A stretch of DNA of 64,000 nt, taken from NCBI GenBank assembly GCA_903935585.1, contig CAIZSE010000078.1, positions 36,866 to 100,865 on the forward strand, written 5' to 3'. Shown here piece by piece: positions 60,552 to 64,000 of this stretch (positions are counted from its first letter, which is position 1; each line of letters begins with the position of its first letter). The notes beneath the pieces were generated by a model, which saw nothing but the letters and a program-made list of their open reading frames with translations, did no database searches and was not told the origin of the DNA. The stretch comes from an uncultured Burkholderiales bacterium (GTDB lineage: Bacteria; Pseudomonadota; Gammaproteobacteria; Burkholderiales; Burkholderiaceae_C). The position numbers and the translations under genes were made by a program.

Positions 60552-61733
60552 GGAAGGTCTGCAAAAGTCAGCCCCGTGACGGCCTGATCTGAGACAGTTG
60601 GGCAATGAAACAAATGAGCCTTGCCACCACTGGATTTGAGCTTGTCACCAAGCGCACGCGCAAGCGGGAATTCCTCGATGAGATGAACCTGGTGATCCCG
60701 TGGTCTGAGTTGTTGTCGTTGATTGCACCTCACGCGCCTGCGGGCAAGACCGGTCGGCCTCCGTTTGCCACAGAAGTGATGCTGCGCATACACCTGCTCC
60801 AGCAGTTCTTTGGTCACTCCGACCCCGCCATGGAAGAGGCGTTGCATGACATCCCGCTGTACCAAGATTTTGCCCACCTGGACGCAGGCATGACCCGTTT
60901 GCCTGACGAAACCACTATCCTGCGGTTCCGCCACATGCTCGAAGCGCATGGGCTCGGTCAGCAGATTCTGGCCACTGTCAACGCCAAACTGATCGATCGC
61001 GGTCTGATGCTCAAGACCGGTACTGTGGTGGACGCCACGTTGATTGCTGCGCCCAGCTCGACCAAGAACGACAAAGGCGAGCGAGACCCTGAGATGCACC
61101 AAACCAAGAAGGGCAACCAGTGGCACTTTGGCATGAAGGCTCACATTGGTGTGGACGCTGAATCGGGTTTGGTGCATACGGTCACAACCACAGCGGCCAA
61201 CGCTCACGACATCACCCAAGCGCATGCCTTGCTGCACGGCGAGGAGGAAATGGTCTTTGCCGATTCGGGTTACCGGGGCGTTGAAAAGCGCGAGGAGATT
61301 CAGGAGCAACACCCTGATGTGGACTGGCAAATTGCAATGACACCAGGCAAGCGCAAAACGCTGAACAAAACCAAACCCAGTCACGCGTTGCGCGACAAGC
61401 TGGAAAAGCTCAAGGCCAGCATCCGGGCCAAGGTAGAGCACCCGTTTCGGGTGATCAAGTGCCAGTTCGGACATCGCAAGGCGCGTTACCGGGGCTTGGC
61501 CAAAAACACCAACCAGTTGCTGGTGATGTTTGCGCTGTCGAACTTGTGGATGGTGCGCAAACGAATATTGCAGGGAGCGCAGGCATGAGTGCGCCTGCAG
61601 CGTGGGCAAAGGCCCGAAAAGAGGACTCATTGAGTCCAAAAGCATGGAAATTGGGCGTGAATTCAACGCCGGTTTCAGCATGTGAACATTCACGCATCAG
61701 CTCGCGCTTTGGCGGGGGTTATGCAGACCTTCC
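60552..61733 (+). mobile_element. IS5-family insertion sequence, 1182 bp
   Basis: 12-bp perfect terminal inverted repeats GGAAGGTCTGCA (60552-63) / TGCAGACCTTCC (61722-33); CTAG duplicated at 60548-51 and 61734-37. Confidence 0.95.
60605..61588 (+). CDS. IS5-family DDE transposase
   Basis: VVDATLI, QWHFGMKAHIGVD, ADSGY, IRAKVEHPF; uninterrupted 327 aa. Confidence 0.95.
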   Translation: MKQMSLATTGFELVTKRTRKREFLDEMNLVIPWSELLSLIAPHAPAGKTGRPPFATEVMLRIHLLQQFFGHSDPAMEEALHDIPLYQDFAHLDAGMTRLPDETTILRFRHMLEAHGLGQQILATVNAKLIDRGLMLKTGTVVDATLIAAPSSTKNDKGERDPEMHQTKKGNQWHFGMKAHIGVDAESGLVHTVTTTAANAHDITQAHALLHGEEEMVFADSGYRGVEKREEIQEQHPDVDWQIAMTPGKRKTLNKTKPSHALRDKLEKLKASIRAKVEHPFRVIKCQFGHRKARYRGLAKNTNQLLVMFALSNLWMVRKRILQGAQA

Positions 61734-62170
61734 CTAGGTCGTATCCTAATCAGACCGATTCAAGCTCGTCATTCAAGGATACGACCACAGCTTCATTCAC
61801 CGACCACCGCTCTACGCCCCTCTGTAGGGCCGTCAACTCGACAGCCTCCCGGAGCCGAGAAATCAAATACTCAGGCCCAAAGCAACCAACGGGCGTCTTG
61901 TGCACTGGGCGTCCGGATTTCCGTTGTAATGACCTGACTTCGTCAGTTGACCTTGGCCTTGACTGGTTTGCACAGGACTTGATCTAAGCAAGGAGTTGCA
62001 TGCCTGCGGCATCAGGTGGCTGCGCCACTTCAAGATCCCATTTGGATCGGGTGTTTTTTCACTTGAATGATTGAAATTACTATATGCATGTGACTTTTTT
62101 TCGTAATTGCCGAAATCTATGAAAAGGCGCTAAATACATGTGAAATCCTGGATTTCCGCCATCAAGGAGT

Positions 62171-63763
62171 GTGCGCCCTGTGATCAAAGTCACCGTTCAT
62201 GAATCTGTCGAGACTGCTTTGCAAAAGGCGTTTCCTAGGCCAGCAACCTCAGCTGCGCGTGCATTGGCTAAATACATTGCTGTTGTCGAATACATGCTGT
62301 TCGATGCTCTACAGCATGGCAGAACCCCTGAACAACTCAAGCTTGATTTGTACGCGGTTTCAATGGAACAACTGGCCAATAAGGGAGGGCAAATTGGGCC
62401 TAAAAAGGTTCGCATGCACAAATGGCTGCGAGAAAACAATTTGGAGTTACTGCAAACCGTTGTTCCAGGCAGCAAATTCACCGGCCAGTACACACAGGTG
62501 AAGTTGTCGCCTTTGATCTCAATCCAGAACACTTTGACCGTACCTCCTGGATCATTGGCTACTGCAAGCACGGATGAGGAAATTGACGCATACCTGAGTG
62601 GTGATCCAGTCTCCAATAAGGCGTTGTTCGATCACCTTTACCCTGAATACGGACAGGTTTGGCAAGAAGAAAAACTGGCTGAACTTTTCCATTGGGTGCC
62701 GGTAGACGTCGAATCCGTCAAGGCCTACCTGTACTGGGTAGAAATGGAATCTACGCACATCAAGGACGCTCAAAAAGACACGATTCTTCGTCAAGCCTTG
62801 ACGATCATTAACGTTGCCACTTTTACCAAGGGCTATTACGTACAGCGGGTCAAACCCAGTCAGTTTGGGCGTACGTACTACGAAGGCACCAGCGTGCAAA
62901 ACGTCAACAAAGACTTGAGGCGTGCCATGCTGGGCAATTGCTGGGAGTACGACATCCGCAGCAGTGTGGTGGCATGGAAGATGGGTTACGCCAGAAGCCT
63001 GTTGTGTGATTCGGGATTGGATGTGGATTTGCGCAAGCATTTCTCAGCCACTTTGCTGTACCTGGAAGACAAGGCCGACTTAATGGCAACGATCAGGTAT
63101 TTCACGTTTGGCGACACGAGTCCAGTGCCCAAAGACCTGCAGCCTGTCTTGCTCAAGCAAGCTTTCACAGCCATTAGCTTTGGTGCTCGTCAAACGGCCA
63201 ATGGTTGGTTAGATGCTTCAGGCAATTGGACCAACCCAGCCTTGGTGGATATTTTGAAAAACGGAGACGATAGAAAGCGATTTCTCTCCGATAAGACCGT
63301 CAAGCTTTTCATCAAAGAACAAAACGCTTTGGACGACTACCTGTATGAGCTCGTTAAAAAGCACCGTCCAGACTTATTGCAAGAAAGCTTCCTTCAAACC
63401 GACAGTGGTAGGCCCAGCAAAGCCAAGGTCATGGCTTACCTGTATCAGCACGGCGAGACACAGGTGATGGATATCGTCAGGCACGTAGCAATGACAAAAG
63501 GTCACACACCGATTGCCAATGTTCATGACGCCATCTTCTTCAAGCGTCGTTTGGGCGTGGATTTCAAGACCGAGATTGAAATGCAGATGCGCGAGCAAAC
63601 GGGCAACCCTTATTGGCATTTGACCCCTAAGCAGTTAGAGCGTTACAAACCGCGTTCTTTGAACGCTGCTACCGAGGAAAGCGCGCACAAGAAAAGAATC
63701 GAGCAAGAGGAAGCTTTGGCCAAGGGCTACAAATCGGTGTTTCCCAACATCTTGATTGGTTAA
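62171..63763 (+). CDS. Divergent family-A polymerase-like protein
   Basis: FGRTYY...SVQN, EYDIRSS (motif A-like), KQAFTAISFG (motif B-like), NVHDAIFF (motif C-like); start may be GTG 62180 given RBS spacing. Confidence 0.55.
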   Translation: MRPVIKVTVHESVETALQKAFPRPATSAARALAKYIAVVEYMLFDALQHGRTPEQLKLDLYAVSMEQLANKGGQIGPKKVRMHKWLRENNLELLQTVVPGSKFTGQYTQVKLSPLISIQNTLTVPPGSLATASTDEEIDAYLSGDPVSNKALFDHLYPEYGQVWQEEKLAELFHWVPVDVESVKAYLYWVEMESTHIKDAQKDTILRQALTIINVATFTKGYYVQRVKPSQFGRTYYEGTSVQNVNKDLRRAMLGNCWEYDIRSSVVAWKMGYARSLLCDSGLDVDLRKHFSATLLYLEDKADLMATIRYFTFGDTSPVPKDLQPVLLKQAFTAISFGARQTANGWLDASGNWTNPALVDILKNGDDRKRFLSDKTVKLFIKEQNALDDYLYELVKKHRPDLLQESFLQTDSGRPSKAKVMAYLYQHGETQVMDIVRHVAMTKGHTPIANVHDAIFFKRRLGVDFKTEIEMQMREQTGNPYWHLTPKQLERYKPRSLNAATEESAHKKRIEQEEALAKGYKSVFPNILIG

Positions 63764-63871
63764 AGCTGCCGGTGGTGTCCTTCCAGACTGTCGGGTTACC
63801 AATGATTCGGTTGCCCAGAGCCACGGTCTGACAATAAATTTGTTATTCCTGCAACACACAAGGAGTAGCAA

Positions 63872-64000
63872 ATGTCAGGTCTTAACGCATTGAAATTCAT
63901 CGCCAGCAAGCGTCAGCAGGGCACAAGCCCAGCGCATGCAAGACGGCAAAAGCTCAGCGCCAAGCTGCACGAGCAAATTCAAATGGCCAAAGCCGTTCAG
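63872..64000 (+). CDS. DUF6641-like protein, N-terminal part (runs off window)
   Basis: AGGAG RBS; MSGLNALKFIASKRQQGTSPAHARRQKLSAKLHEQIQMAKA pattern. Confidence 0.55.
   Translation, partial: MSGLNALKFIASKRQQGTSPAHARRQKLSAKLHEQIQMAKAVQ

Larger units (their letters stand above)
17378..64000. mobile_element. tRNA-Val-anchored genomic (defence) island; right end not in window
   Basis: Abrupt switch from housekeeping genes to integrases, BREX, IS5 and hypothetical genes with patchy, AT-richer composition; no attR copy of the tRNA 3' end seen. Confidence 0.8.

Noticed and set aside
60548-61693. 381-aa minus-strand ORF spanning the IS
   Set aside because: Antisense to the IS5 transposase; no independent motif or RBS evidence
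61751-61980. Stop-free minus-strand frame to the right of the IS
   Set aside because: No convincing start or RBS and no recognisable protein; does not join the LysR relic when the IS is removed
17303-64000. Search for a direct repeat of the tRNA-Val 3' end (attR)
   Set aside because: None spotted by eye; the island end is probably outside the window, so no att feature is reported

Overview
Bacterial chromosomal window, probably from a Comamonadaceae-type betaproteobacterium (inferred from gene content and order). Bases 1-17.3 kb are GC-rich core genome: end of methylmalonyl-CoA mutase, meaB-pccB-pccA-VOC, rnfB/rsxB-like, PHB depolymerase, aminotransferase, uvrB, iscRSUA-hscBA-fdx and dnaQ, ending at tRNA-Val(CAC). 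From about 17.4 kb to the window end is an accessory, compositionally patchy genomic island. It carries a GntR plus two PhyH-type dioxygenases, a tyrosine integrase, SprT-like and NYN genes, and a six-gene type-1-like BREX locus. It also carries a mini UvrD-like helicase pair, DUF2779, NERD-helicase, macro domain, a WYL regulator, a second small recombinase, DUF2130, a serine protease, an intact IS5 element and a divergent family-A-polymerase-like gene. Two observations stand out. (1) A three-gene C2H2-zinc-finger / coiled-coil / atypical-Hsp70 module is tightly coupled between pglX and pglZ and is a candidate undescribed defence module. (2) A palindromic motif GGCTCA-N5-TGAGCC occurs five times, always intergenic and followed 10-11 nt later by a -10-like hexamer, suggesting an island-wide regulon controlled by the island WYL protein. 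All family calls come from motif recognition by eye; no database searches were run.
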